Shown: piece by piece, positions 9,439 to 19,526 of the stretch
Position numbering within the stretch: position 1 is the first letter of the stretch
How the letters are laid out: each line of letters opens with the position of its first letter
Source: a virus
Taxonomy: Duplodnaviria > Heunggongvirae > Uroviricota > Caudoviricetes
Direction: 5' to 3' (one strand)
Length of the DNA stretch: 64,000 bases
IMG/VR virus record: IMGVR_UViG_3300032334_002267
Location: 73,310-137,309 of that record
Position numbers and translations under genes: made by a program
The notes under the pieces: generated by a model
The model's input: only the letters and a program-made list of their open reading frames with translations
Database searches by the model: none
Told to the model about the DNA's origin: nothing

Positions 9439-10372
9439 TCTTTTTCCATGGTGCAATTGCTGACGCCGGAGCGAATAGTATTTTACCGAATGATGGAGGA
9501 TTATACATAGTTGGAGAACATATAAACCAAATCACTTTTTTAATGTACTTAGGAATTCCATATTTTTTAGGATCTGGCATTTCACCGCCAGTATCTGTTA
9601 GATATATGAAAACTGATGGTTTGATATTGTTCTTTTCAACGTATTGAAAAGGAGGGATAAACCCTTTAGCATTACCACCTGTTGTTGCCCATAAAGAGAA
9701 ATCCGGCTGACCTCCTTTCTTAATGATATCAACATTATCTATATCATCACTACAGTAAATGATGTAGGTTTTATCAGCATCAAACATTTTAACCAAGTGC
9801 ATAACTTCAGTTACGAATGTTCTTGATTGTTCCTGAGATATTGAGCCAGACGTATCCACTGCTGCCACTATCGTTTTTAATGTGTCAGATCCTATATTCT
9901 TTCTTCCGTATAGATATTCTCCTCTAGCAACAAATCTTTTATTCGGAAGAACCCAATCTTGTTTATTAAATGTGCTATCGAAAAATTTCTTAAGCTCCAT
10001 TTTCCAGTTAACCAAAGGTTTCGTAGACGATAGAGTATCGATCAATCTTTTAATCTTTGAAGAAACAGAAGATGTGGCTCTACCTAAAGCTCTCATTGCT
10101 GCAGAATCCCAATCTATTTTACCTTTATGTATTCTGCTTTTCTTTTTACCGGTATACTCAGAAACCTTAGTTTTTATTTGTTTACCACCTAAATCAGAAG
10201 TTGTTTTAGCTCCGGGTGTTTCCTGTCCAACTAGAGGAATATCCTCCATCTGTATTGTTTTTTTAGATATAGCAACATTTCCACCTTTTTTACCGTCATC
10301 TGGTGATTTCTGGCCTCCAGATAAATCTTGGGCTTGAGCTATTACAGCATATTCTCCTTTTTTTACAAACAT
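9434..10372 (-). CDS. VWA-domain protein (MIDAS DxSxS), MoxR partner
   Basis: VAAVDTSGSISQEQ MIDAS-like motif; lies downstream of the MoxR ATPase. Confidence 0.7.
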   Translation of the reverse strand: MFVKKGEYAVIAQAQDLSGGQKSPDDGKKGGNVAISKKTIQMEDIPLVGQETPGAKTTSDLGGKQIKTKVSEYTGKKKSRIHKGKIDWDSAAMRALGRATSSVSSKIKRLIDTLSSTKPLVNWKMELKKFFDSTFNKQDWVLPNKRFVARGEYLYGRKNIGSDTLKTIVAAVDTSGSISQEQSRTFVTEVMHLVKMFDADKTYIIYCSDDIDNVDIIKKGGQPDFSLWATTGGNAKGFIPPFQYVEKNNIKPSVFIYLTDTGGEMPDPKKYGIPKYIKKVIWFICSPTMYNPPSFGKILFAPASAIAPWKKK

Positions 10373-10389
10373 GTTTTGAGTTTTAAATT

Positions 10390-11340
10390 TTAAACGTCTA
10401 TATCTCCGTTAGGATAAACCTTTTTGATAACAGCTTCTCTTCCGTCACTTAACCTAACCTTTTGTCCCACCCTAGGGAGTTGGGATTGTTGTTGGTTATT
10501 GCCAGGCTTATCCGAAGGTTTATTTCCTGGACTATTTCCCGGTCCATCTCCCTCTCCTTCTTCGTCTCCCTCATCACCGCTACCGTTTCCTGGTTTATCT
10601 CCTTCTTCATCACCTTCATCGCCATCGTCTCCGCTACCGTTTTGTCCGCCGTTTGGTTCATCGTCGTCTGAAACCTGAATATCCATACCCTGACCAGGTC
10701 CAGGTACTTCAGAATCCTCGTCAACAACTTCACCAAGTTCTGCACTTTTTGCCATTTTTGAAGATTTAGGCTTTCCGTCAGGGTTTAAAACTCCTTCCTC
10801 TATTAGAAGATCGTAAATATCTTCTGCTGACATGCCTTCGTATTTTTCCTCGTAAAGTCCCATTTTCTGACCCGTCTCGTCAACTGGCCATTCGAACCCC
10901 GGCTCTCCCTCAAGTATAGGATTGATAGCATAATCACATGCTATATTCCAACCTTTAGGGTCTCTAGTCCCTCTTCTTTCTTGGTGCTTACCTATACAGT
11001 GTAGAAGCTCGTGTGCAAGAACAAGTCTTAAAGCCTCCTCTTTCTGCTTAGTCACAAATTCAGGATGGAATATAATTTCTATCCCGTTTGTGCACATTGT
11101 TTTAGGATTAATTTCATCAGATCCATAAATATCTAGGTTTGCCATTAGTTCAGCATAAAATCCTTTATTGATACTAAGCCAGATTATAATCTTTCTGATT
11201 TTTCTGTTCACCTCGGTGTAATCTTCCTGAGCGTAATCTTCGGGGTTATCCACTGATTCTACCACCTTAATTCTTACGAACTCGTCAAAGTTCGTTATTG
11301 CTCTCTCGATGAGGGATTTATTTTTAAATGATCTTTCCAT
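10390..11340 (-). CDS. putative metallopeptidase-like protein (HExxH) with an acidic GDEGDEEGD low-complexity tail
   Basis: VLAHELLHCIGKH motif; resembles the N-terminal half of DUF2201-type MoxR partners. Confidence 0.55.
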   Translation of the reverse strand: MERSFKNKSLIERAITNFDEFVRIKVVESVDNPEDYAQEDYTEVNRKIRKIIIWLSINKGFYAELMANLDIYGSDEINPKTMCTNGIEIIFHPEFVTKQKEEALRLVLAHELLHCIGKHQERRGTRDPKGWNIACDYAINPILEGEPGFEWPVDETGQKMGLYEEKYEGMSAEDIYDLLIEEGVLNPDGKPKSSKMAKSAELGEVVDEDSEVPGPGQGMDIQVSDDDEPNGGQNGSGDDGDEGDEEGDKPGNGSGDEGDEEGEGDGPGNSPGNKPSDKPGNNQQQSQLPRVGQKVRLSDGREAVIKKVYPNGDIDV

Positions 11341-11361
11341 CAGTTTAGTGATTTTAGTGTT

Positions 11362-12912
11362 TTATAGTCCTTGTTCTTTCTTTCCTTGTCTAACTATCTC
11401 AACTGCCTCTTTTCTGTATTCCCATCCTGGCTCATCCTTGTAAGAAGCCTCAAATTTTCCGAATTCTGGGAATTTGTCGTAAATTCTCTTTAGAAGCCAC
11501 GTAAGAACTTCATATTGACCATATCTGCTAATGTACTTAACTATGCTCAATAGCTTCTGTGCATCACCGTCTGGTACTTTATTTATAAGTGTTTGGATAA
11601 GACCAAATAAGAATCTTTTCTCCTTCTTGAATTCAGGAATAATTCTAGCACCATCTGGATCAGTAAGCATTTCTTCGATATCAGAATCAGATGCTTTTCT
11701 TAGAATGTCTAGGAAGTCAGCAAATTTTCCAGCTGCTTGAGGTCCAACCTGATCGAAGAAGATGTTCTTAATCTTTTGAGCCGGAACGTCTCTCCAAGAG
11801 CTAAGTCCCTTGTTTCTCATATAGTCATTCAGAACTAATGCTCCATCTGCCCAAGATCTAGGAGTTGGGTAGTTTAGCACTTTCTTTTCTGTGTCCAATC
11901 TGTGGAATAACTCTCTGTTATCAGCAAGGAAGTAAATTAATTCAGGAAGGATCTTTCCTGATGAAGAAGCCCATTTAGCCCAACCCCCCGTGATTGCTCC
12001 GCTTGGATCTATTCCCAATTCAGGAACGTAATTCACAATTGTGAAACGATCAGCAAACGCAAAGTCAAATTCTGCAACTTCTGCTTCTGCAGGTCTATTA
12101 CCAGCAGCTACTATAATCCATTTTGTAGGAAGCTGATAATCTCCAATTCTACCCATTTGAACGAATTGCATTAGAGATCTTAAAACAATAGGGTTTGCTC
12201 TATTTGCTTCGTCCATGAATATAATACCACCTTTACCATTAGCTCCATTATCCCTAGGCAAAATAGAAGGAGGATTTGATCTTGTAAAACCAGCACCGTA
12301 ATCTTTTACCACCATCGTTTTCTCACCAGTTGTTTCATCCTCTACTTCAGAGAATTCCGGTTTTTTTATGTCCACTTGAACAGGAACCCCGATGAAATCT
12401 TCAGGTCCCATAAATTGTAGGTCAAGATTTAAAAGAGGAACGCCTAAAGATGTAGCGGCTTGTCCAACTATCTGGGTTTTACCGATACCAGGTGCTCCGT
12501 ATATAAATATGGGTTTTGCTCTTCCACCGGAAACTTTAGCTTCGTAAAGCTCCATTATCTCTTCCATAAGATCTTCAGCATTGATATTTCTAACGCTTTG
12601 ATCTTCTTCAGTGTATTCTAAGGGAACCACAGCTTCTTCAATCTCCTGGGATTCATTAGCTTTTGTTCCGTAGAATTCTGCTATTTGCTTATCTATAGGT
12701 CCATTTTCAGGAACAAATAGCATAGCTACAGGCTTACCTTTTTTAGGTCCACTTGGAATTGTTTTGATTAGGCCATTTTCTAAAGCCTGATAAAAGCTTT
12801 TTGTCCATCCAGTTAGTCGGTCCATTACGTTTTTCTTGAACCAGGAAAATAATCCCTCGCTAACATATGACTCGTTAACGAAGTCATCAAAGTTGTAAAT
12901 TTTCTTACCCAT
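11362..12912 (-). CDS. MoxR-family AAA+ ATPase
   Basis: Walker A GAPGIGKTQIV, Walker B IIFMDEANRA. Confidence 0.8.
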   Translation of the reverse strand: MGKKIYNFDDFVNESYVSEGLFSWFKKNVMDRLTGWTKSFYQALENGLIKTIPSGPKKGKPVAMLFVPENGPIDKQIAEFYGTKANESQEIEEAVVPLEYTEEDQSVRNINAEDLMEEIMELYEAKVSGGRAKPIFIYGAPGIGKTQIVGQAATSLGVPLLNLDLQFMGPEDFIGVPVQVDIKKPEFSEVEDETTGEKTMVVKDYGAGFTRSNPPSILPRDNGANGKGGIIFMDEANRANPIVLRSLMQFVQMGRIGDYQLPTKWIIVAAGNRPAEAEVAEFDFAFADRFTIVNYVPELGIDPSGAITGGWAKWASSSGKILPELIYFLADNRELFHRLDTEKKVLNYPTPRSWADGALVLNDYMRNKGLSSWRDVPAQKIKNIFFDQVGPQAAGKFADFLDILRKASDSDIEEMLTDPDGARIIPEFKKEKRFLFGLIQTLINKVPDGDAQKLLSIVKYISRYGQYEVLTWLLKRIYDKFPEFGKFEASYKDEPGWEYRKEAVEIVRQGKKEQGL

Positions 12913-13078
12913 TTTTTTATTTTTTGTTTGTTTTATATATCGTTGTTTTTAGAATTAAAAATTAAGATGTTTCTGAGGAAAGTCTTAATTTTATGCCCTA
13001 TATATCAAAAAAAATGGCCAATTTGTTTTTTTAACACGGGAATATTGATTAATTTTAGGATACAATGAAAAATGCGAG

Positions 13079-14218
13079 ATGAAATACGATTTAAACACTC
13101 TTAACGCCTATATCCAGAGGGGTCTTTTAGAAAGGAATCCACACCCGACATTACCGCTTGATATCTATAATTATTCAAGGGAATGTCAGTTCACGGAGTC
13201 TTGGGACGAGATCACTTTAAATATGAGAGGCACTGTTTTAGACCGGGAGGGAAATGTTATTGCTAAACCATTCCCCAAGTTTTTTAACATGGAGGAGCAT
13301 AAGCCAGAGGAAATACCTAATGAGGAATTCGAGGTTTTCGAAAAATTGGACGGGTCTCTAGGCATACTTTTCCATTATGCCGATGAGTGGCACTTAGCGA
13401 CCAGAGGATCTTTTGCATCTGAGCAGGCAATTAGGGGTAGAGAAATCCTAAAAAAATACAGATATGAGAGACTGATCCCAGGATTTACCTATCTGTTCGA
13501 GATCATCTATCCCGAAAACAGGATCGTGTGCAACTATGACTATGAGGACTTAATACTTCTTGGGGTAATTGATAACAAAGATGGTTATGAACTTAGAATC
13601 CACCATAATAGCATACATTTAGAGGGTATTAGATTCGTAAATTTATATAACAACTTGGGATTTAAGATGGTTAAGAAGTACGATGGGATAGACGATTATA
13701 AGAAGCTTAAGAAAATGATAGACGGAGAATCTGAGGGATTTGTTGTTAAATTCAAATCCGGACTTAGAATGAAGATCAAAGGCGAAGATTATGTTAGATT
13801 GCATCGACTATTGACCAATTTCTCGAATGTCGACATCTGGGAGCTTTTAAAAGAAGGAAGAAACATTGAAGAATTTCTAGAAAGAGTTCCTGACGAATTT
13901 GACAAGTGGGTTAAGAAAACAATACACAGTCTAGAATATCACCGATGTAAAGTCGAGGAAAGAGCGGAAAAGATCTATGAGTATTTTAGATATGGAAGAT
14001 ATTGGGATCGAGAGAATGAGCCTACTAAGAAAGAATTTGCTGAACATCTAGAATTTTGTAATGTTGAGCCCAGCATAAGATCCATATGTTTTGCTATGTG
14101 GGACGGAAAGAAATACGATCATATAATCTGGAAGATAGTAAAACCAAAGTATCAAAAGCCATTTTGGAATAGAGAGGAAGAAATACCAGTGGATTCAAAA
14201 TGGATTAAAAAAGATTAA
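13079..14218 (+). CDS. rnlA: RNA ligase 1 (T4 RnlA-like)
   Basis: Nucleotidyltransferase motif KLDGS; N-terminal NMRGTVLDREG...PFPKFFNMEEH closely mirrors T4 Rnl1 CRGIMFEMDGE...PMEKFFNLNEN. Confidence 0.8.
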   Translation: MKYDLNTLNAYIQRGLLERNPHPTLPLDIYNYSRECQFTESWDEITLNMRGTVLDREGNVIAKPFPKFFNMEEHKPEEIPNEEFEVFEKLDGSLGILFHYADEWHLATRGSFASEQAIRGREILKKYRYERLIPGFTYLFEIIYPENRIVCNYDYEDLILLGVIDNKDGYELRIHHNSIHLEGIRFVNLYNNLGFKMVKKYDGIDDYKKLKKMIDGESEGFVVKFKSGLRMKIKGEDYVRLHRLLTNFSNVDIWELLKEGRNIEEFLERVPDEFDKWVKKTIHSLEYHRCKVEERAEKIYEYFRYGRYWDRENEPTKKEFAEHLEFCNVEPSIRSICFAMWDGKKYDHIIWKIVKPKYQKPFWNREEEIPVDSKWIKKD

Positions 14219-14221
14219 AAA

Positions 14222-14863
14222 ATGAAAATTATATTAGAAAAAAATCAGAACATATTTTTCACCTCCGATTCGCATTTTTCGCACCAAAATATTTGTCGTG
14301 GAGTTTCAAACTGGCCTAAAGGAAGAGGTACACGGGATTTTCACTCTCTAGGTGAAATGAATGATGCTATAGTAGCAGGAATAAACTCGGTCGTTGGACC
14401 GGACGATTATTTGGTTCATATGGGAGACTGGAGCTTTGGTGGATTCGAATCTATTATCGAGTTCAGAAATAAAATAGTATGCAAAAACATTATTCTATTT
14501 TTAGGAAATCACGATCATCACATTAGAAATAATAAGGAGGGGGTACAGGGGTACTTCAAGCACGTTAGTAGCTATGATATTATAGATATCCGTAGGCCAG
14601 AGGGTAAAGAGACGGGTAAGTACCAATTCGTATGCTGTCACTTCCCAATAGCAAGTTGGGATGGAATGAATAAAGGGGTTCCTCATTTACATGGACATGT
14701 TCATCTACCGCCCAGATTAAAGATCCACGAAGGACAAGCAATGGACGTTGGAGTAGACGGAAACAATCTGGAGCCTTATAGCTTAAATGAGATATTGAAA
14801 ATAATGAAGGGTAGACCTGTTAGGCACCTGGTTCTACCTAAAGATCATCACACGGAAGAATAA
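14222..14863 (+). CDS. calcineurin-like metallophosphoesterase
   Basis: SDSHFS, GDWSFGG, GNHDHH, HLHGHVH motifs. Confidence 0.7.
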   Translation: MKIILEKNQNIFFTSDSHFSHQNICRGVSNWPKGRGTRDFHSLGEMNDAIVAGINSVVGPDDYLVHMGDWSFGGFESIIEFRNKIVCKNIILFLGNHDHHIRNNKEGVQGYFKHVSSYDIIDIRRPEGKETGKYQFVCCHFPIASWDGMNKGVPHLHGHVHLPPRLKIHEGQAMDVGVDGNNLEPYSLNEILKIMKGRPVRHLVLPKDHHTEE

Positions 14864-14885
14864 AAAAAAAATAAAAAAATAGAAA

Positions 14886-15578
14886 ATGGAACACATAGAA
14901 GGTAAAAAGTGGAAATATTGGGATCGTGCTACAAATACCTATGGATATAAAACTTTTGATCATGTTAAAGAATTGGATTCCTGCTGGGAATATGATTTTT
15001 TCTACAAGGAGAATTATTATTTTAGTTATTCACCAAAAAATTGCTGTTACCAAATGTGGGACTGCGTGATCGAACCGGGATCGGTGGTTGTTGATTTGGG
15101 TGCAAACATAGGATTATTTACACATGGAGCTTCTAGAATTGCTAAGAAAGTTATCTCTATCGAAGGTAGTCCTGAACATTATTCTTGTCTGGTTGAAAAT
15201 AACTCGGACAGAGATAACGTTTATTTTTGTAACTCCATAGTCACCGGTGAAATCCCAGCGGATACCTATATTCCATCGGGAAGAGTATGGACAGACAGAA
15301 AAAATCCAATCGAGTTTACTATTAAAAAAATAATGGAGATTTATCAGCTAGAAAAAATAGATTTTTTAAAAATAGACATCGAGGGATTTGAGTATGATGT
15401 CTTTGATTCATTAAGTCCATCCATCCTTTCTAGGATTGATAAGATCGCGTGTGAAACACATGACCCCGATGATCGAAAAAAAAATCTACAGCTTCACGGG
15501 AAGATAAGGAGCACTTTCAGTGTCATAGATTTTTGTGGTAACGTGACTGATTTTTATTATTTTACAACGCCTAAATAG
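14886..15578 (+). CDS. FkbM-type methyltransferase-like protein
   Basis: VVVDLGANIGLFT motif. Confidence 0.45.
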   Translation: MEHIEGKKWKYWDRATNTYGYKTFDHVKELDSCWEYDFFYKENYYFSYSPKNCCYQMWDCVIEPGSVVVDLGANIGLFTHGASRIAKKVISIEGSPEHYSCLVENNSDRDNVYFCNSIVTGEIPADTYIPSGRVWTDRKNPIEFTIKKIMEIYQLEKIDFLKIDIEGFEYDVFDSLSPSILSRIDKIACETHDPDDRKKNLQLHGKIRSTFSVIDFCGNVTDFYYFTTPK

Positions 15579-15736
15579 AAATAAGATGCTAGAATACAAT
15601 GTTTCAGAAAGAAGATTTTTTATTTGGAAATTGGAATTGTGGTGGATCGCTTTTGATCAACCCCAATTTTATCCAGAGGGCAGAAAACATTTAAGAGGTA
15701 ATTGGTTCTGGAGAACCAAAAGAATAAAAGAATAAT

Positions 15737-16186
15737 ATGGAAAACGTAAGAAACGAAGGATACAGCACATTAAATCCAACACTATTTCTTGTGAGAGGAA
15801 TACCTGGATCTGGTAAATCAACTTTTGCAAAGCACATCTGGAATGAGTATGCAATCTGCGAGGCTGATAAGTTTTTTCACAACAAGGAAACTGGTGAATA
15901 CAACTTTGAAGCATCAAGGTTGAAAGAAGCTCACGAATGGTGCAGAAACGAAGTTGAGACCAGAATGAAAGATCACCAAGTTAATCCCCAGTATTACCCG
16001 GAGATCGTAGTGTCAAACACGTTCACTCAGGAATGGGAGATGCAGGCTTATTTAGACCTTGCTAAGAAATATCAATATCAGGTGGTTTCTCTGATCGTTG
16101 AAAACCGTCATGGAAACAACAATGTACACAACGTTCCAGCAGAGACTCTAGAAAAAATGAGACAGAGGTTCGAGGTTAAACTTTAA
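15737..16186 (+). CDS. P-loop polynucleotide kinase-like protein (T4 Pnk kinase-domain-like)
   Basis: LVRGIPGSGKSTFAKH Walker A; 149 aa, kinase domain only. Confidence 0.6.
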   Translation: MENVRNEGYSTLNPTLFLVRGIPGSGKSTFAKHIWNEYAICEADKFFHNKETGEYNFEASRLKEAHEWCRNEVETRMKDHQVNPQYYPEIVVSNTFTQEWEMQAYLDLAKKYQYQVVSLIVENRHGNNNVHNVPAETLEKMRQRFEVKL

Positions 16187-16190
16187 ATCG

Positions 16191-16568
16191 GTGAGAATCA
16201 ACATTGAGATAGAAAAGGATCTGTATAAACACTACGGACTAACCGAGAGTGAGGTTTCGCATATTCTCGAGCTGCTATCAAAAGAGGTTGAAAGGTTGAT
16301 TGTGCATCTTTATTGCAAATACGCTTTCGAGCACAGAACAGAAAAAAATCTAAAACTCATGCTTGATTATGTTAACGAAACTCTTCTCACAGGGGTTAAT
16401 AAAGCCGAGGTGATTTTTAATAAAAAGATCAAAAGCAACCTACTTCAGGTGGGAACTATACTGGGTTCGATGGATATAAAACACCAGAAAGAAAAATACC
16501 GACTCGTGGACTATCTCTTTCACCTAACCGTGATCAAATCACAAAAAGCATTCATAATAATAAAATGA
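16191..16568 (+). CDS. hypothetical protein (GTG start)
   Basis: 125-aa ORF. Confidence 0.35.
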   Translation: MRINIEIEKDLYKHYGLTESEVSHILELLSKEVERLIVHLYCKYAFEHRTEKNLKLMLDYVNETLLTGVNKAEVIFNKKIKSNLLQVGTILGSMDIKHQKEKYRLVDYLFHLTVIKSQKAFIIIK

Positions 16569-16969
16569 CACAATATAATCTTTTTTTAGACGATTTTAGA
16601 TACCCGGCGGATTGCCAGAGGTACATGTTAGACGGAGCAATGTATACAAACTGGGAATGGACGATTGCAAGAAGCTATGACGAATTCGTAGAAATTATTA
16701 ATGCTCAAGGACTTCCTGAGTTTATTTCTTTCGATCATGATCTTGCAGACGAACACTACTCACAGGACATGTACAAGGGGATGGAGGAGTATAATAAAAA
16801 CTACGAGTCTTTTAAAGAGAAGACAGGTTTAGATTGTGCAAAATGGTTAGTTGATTATTGTACGGATAAAGGGATAAAACTTCCTAAATATAGAGTTCAT
16901 TCGATGAATCCAGCAGGAGGAAGAAACATTTCAGAATATCTACAATCATACGAAAAATTCTCAAGTTAA
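16565..16969 (+). CDS. hypothetical protein
   Basis: 134-aa ORF with a 4-nt overlap. Confidence 0.4.
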   Translation: MTQYNLFLDDFRYPADCQRYMLDGAMYTNWEWTIARSYDEFVEIINAQGLPEFISFDHDLADEHYSQDMYKGMEEYNKNYESFKEKTGLDCAKWLVDYCTDKGIKLPKYRVHSMNPAGGRNISEYLQSYEKFSS

Positions 16970-16970
16970 A

Positions 16971-17375
16971 ATGGATAAGGTTAGAAAAATTCCAAGAGAG
17001 ATTAAAAAAGAAGATCTTCCCTCGTATAAGAAAAACGGTTATCTAACAGTAGGCGAGTTAAAGAAATCTATCCTAGATATGCCGGATGAAGGCCTAGTTC
17101 TTATCCAGAGAATCGAGGACACTTATTTTGAAAATAATGGATGGGGAGTCGTACTGAAAGAGGGAGAACATTATCACTGGGGATTGCAGTTTAATGAGGA
17201 TATAAAATCAGGAAAGTATGATAATTTAGAAGAATATCCCAATATGAAAAAAGACAACTTAAAGCTTTTTACGGAGGATGAACTTAATCAAGCTAAAGAC
17301 CAATATCATCCTGCATGGTGCGCAGTAAAGTACAAAGATGACACTGAAAATTTATATTTAGACCTTCACTATTAA
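16971..17375 (+). CDS. hypothetical protein
   Basis: 134-aa ORF. Confidence 0.4.
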   Translation: MDKVRKIPREIKKEDLPSYKKNGYLTVGELKKSILDMPDEGLVLIQRIEDTYFENNGWGVVLKEGEHYHWGLQFNEDIKSGKYDNLEEYPNMKKDNLKLFTEDELNQAKDQYHPAWCAVKYKDDTENLYLDLHY

Positions 17376-17387
17376 ATCCAAATTAAA

Positions 17388-17654
17388 ATGAGTTTTACCG
17401 AAAAGTTTTTCTTAGTAATGGGATGTATGATTCTTGCTGATATCTGCTGGGCCTACTATTTCATTAAAATCGAAGAGAGAAAATCAATAGCTTCAGGAAT
17501 CTGGGCTTCTCTGATTTATATCTTTGGAGCTTTCACCGTTACCTCTTACGTCGAGGATAAAAGACTAATAGCAGCTGCAATTATAGGATCATTTATAGGA
17601 ACTTCTGCAACCGTTGAGTATAAAAAAAGAAGAGAGAAAAAAAATGCAAAATAA
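17388..17654 (+). CDS. small membrane protein
   Basis: Two hydrophobic helices. Confidence 0.4.
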   Translation: MSFTEKFFLVMGCMILADICWAYYFIKIEERKSIASGIWASLIYIFGAFTVTSYVEDKRLIAAAIIGSFIGTSATVEYKKRREKKNAK

Positions 17655-17883
17655 AAAGATCCTATTTTATGTCGGGATAAACCCGGAAGACCAAATAAAG
17701 CTAAAAGACTTTATTGGAAATTTTATGGAGGATGATGTGGATGAAAAATTCCATATAAACATCGTTAATGAATTCGATGATCCTGACGGCTACTACACAT
17801 ATTTACTAGAGGGATCTTGGTATTCCTATAAATGTTTTATCGGAAGAGATTTCGTAAAATCTTTGAACCATTACGAAGAATAA
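17644..17883 (+). CDS. hypothetical small acidic protein
   Basis: ATG at 17644 (MQNKKILFYV) preferred over the upstream alternative start. Confidence 0.35.
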   Translation: MQNKKILFYVGINPEDQIKLKDFIGNFMEDDVDEKFHINIVNEFDDPDGYYTYLLEGSWYSYKCFIGRDFVKSLNHYEE

Positions 17884-17920
17884 AAATCAAACTCACTTAT
17901 ACTACTTAAACCGATCAAAA

Positions 17921-18970
17921 ATGAAATTCGACTTCGACGATATCCTAATTCAGCCTGCTCCAATTTCTAGAATTCATTCAAGAAAACAAGTGGATGTTTT
18001 TTATGAATATGGTAGATTGCCTCTTTTTACCGCTCCAATGGACACCGTTGTTAGCGGAGAGAATAAAGATCTATTTCTCAAAGCTGGTATCAATGTTATA
18101 ATGCCAAGAACGGAATCTTTAGAAAGTATAGACAACACATTTCCAGATTTTTTTAGATCTTTAGGCATGGATCAATTTGAAGATCTTTTTATTAACAACA
18201 AAAGAGATGGATATCATCATATTCTGATAGACATCGCTAATGGACATATGCAAAGACTTCTAGATATAACTAGAAGAGCTAAGGAGATGTACGGAAGTCA
18301 TCTAGTTCTTATGGTGGGCAACGTTGCACATCCTGAAACATACAGAGCATTTTCTGTGGCTGGTGCAGATTACATCAGGGTTGGTATAGGAAACGGCGGA
18401 GGGTGTTTAACAACAGTACAAACAGGTGTTGGTTATCCGATGGCTTCATTGATTAATGAGTGCTATGATGTGAGTCTGGCTTTAGAAACCCCTGCTAAGA
18501 TCGTGGCAGATGGGGGATTCAAAAGCTACTCTGATATCATTAAAGCTCTTGCTCTTGGAGCTGACTATGTTATGCTTGGTTCCATTCTAAACAAAGCTCT
18601 AGAGAGCGCAGGGGAAACATATCTAGCTAATAATAAAAAAGAAGGCTGGACAGAACCTGGGGATAGGATTAATCAATACTCGCAAGAAACTGAAAAACTC
18701 TTCTCATACGGAACCCGTATGTTTAAGAAATTTAGAGGAATGAGCACCAAGGAAGCTCAGAGAGCTATGGGAAAAGAGATTCTAAAAACAAGTGAGGGGG
18801 TAACTAGAATGCAGCCTGTTGAGTATACTTTGAATGGATGGGTCGATAACTTCAAAAGTTATCTTAGCTCTGCTATGAGCTACAGTGACGCAATGAATCT
18901 AAACGAATTTATCGGATATGCAAAATGGAATATGATAACAACCAATTCGTTAAATAGATTTAAAAAGTAA
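17921..18970 (+). CDS. guaC: GMP reductase (IMPDH/GMPR family)
   Basis: IRVGIGNGGGCLTTVQTGVGYPMASLINEC matches the GuaC catalytic Cys loop; 349 aa. Confidence 0.75.
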   Translation: MKFDFDDILIQPAPISRIHSRKQVDVFYEYGRLPLFTAPMDTVVSGENKDLFLKAGINVIMPRTESLESIDNTFPDFFRSLGMDQFEDLFINNKRDGYHHILIDIANGHMQRLLDITRRAKEMYGSHLVLMVGNVAHPETYRAFSVAGADYIRVGIGNGGGCLTTVQTGVGYPMASLINECYDVSLALETPAKIVADGGFKSYSDIIKALALGADYVMLGSILNKALESAGETYLANNKKEGWTEPGDRINQYSQETEKLFSYGTRMFKKFRGMSTKEAQRAMGKEILKTSEGVTRMQPVEYTLNGWVDNFKSYLSSAMSYSDAMNLNEFIGYAKWNMITTNSLNRFKK

Positions 18971-18975
18971 ATAAT

Positions 18976-19521
18976 ATGGCACACCAGCAACAGAAAAATT
19001 TTTATAAAGGGATTAAAGATAAACATCCTAGATTTTTTAGCGATGTTAAAGTCCTTGATGTCGGATCACTAGATATCAACGGATCAACCAAAGATCTCTT
19101 TGAGCATCCTTTCTATTACATCGGAATAGATCTTGCTGCGGGGAAAAACGTAGACGTTATTTGTCCAGGACACCTGTACGATTCAGGATTTCTCTTTGAC
19201 GTGGTGACATCTTCAGAATGTTTTGAACATGACATGTATTACGTAAGGACTATAAACAATATGGTAAGACTACTAAGATCTGGGGGTCTTATGGCTTTTA
19301 CCTGCGCAACAGAGGGTAGACACGAGCACGGAACTTTAAGAACTAGTCCAGAGGATGCTCCATTTTTATTAAGCATAGATGAGAAGTGGGCTAATTACTA
19401 TAAGAATTTAACTGAGGATGACATTAGATCAGCAATTGATATTAATAATACATTTTCAGAATTCGGATTCGAGATAGGCGAAGAAACTAGAGATCTATAT
19501 TTCTGGGGCATAAAAAAATAG
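18976..19521 (+). CDS. putative SAM-dependent methyltransferase-like protein
   Basis: VLDVGSLDINGS motif, weak. Confidence 0.35.
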   Translation: MAHQQQKNFYKGIKDKHPRFFSDVKVLDVGSLDINGSTKDLFEHPFYYIGIDLAAGKNVDVICPGHLYDSGFLFDVVTSSECFEHDMYYVRTINNMVRLLRSGGLMAFTCATEGRHEHGTLRTSPEDAPFLLSIDEKWANYYKNLTEDDIRSAIDINNTFSEFGFEIGEETRDLYFWGIKK

Positions 19522-19526
19522 TTACA

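Noticed and set aside
10424-10745. Three overlapping ORFs on both strands inside the metallopeptidase-like gene
   Set aside because: They are artefacts of the GDEGDEEGD/PGN low-complexity coding tract and translate into low-complexity S/P/L strings.
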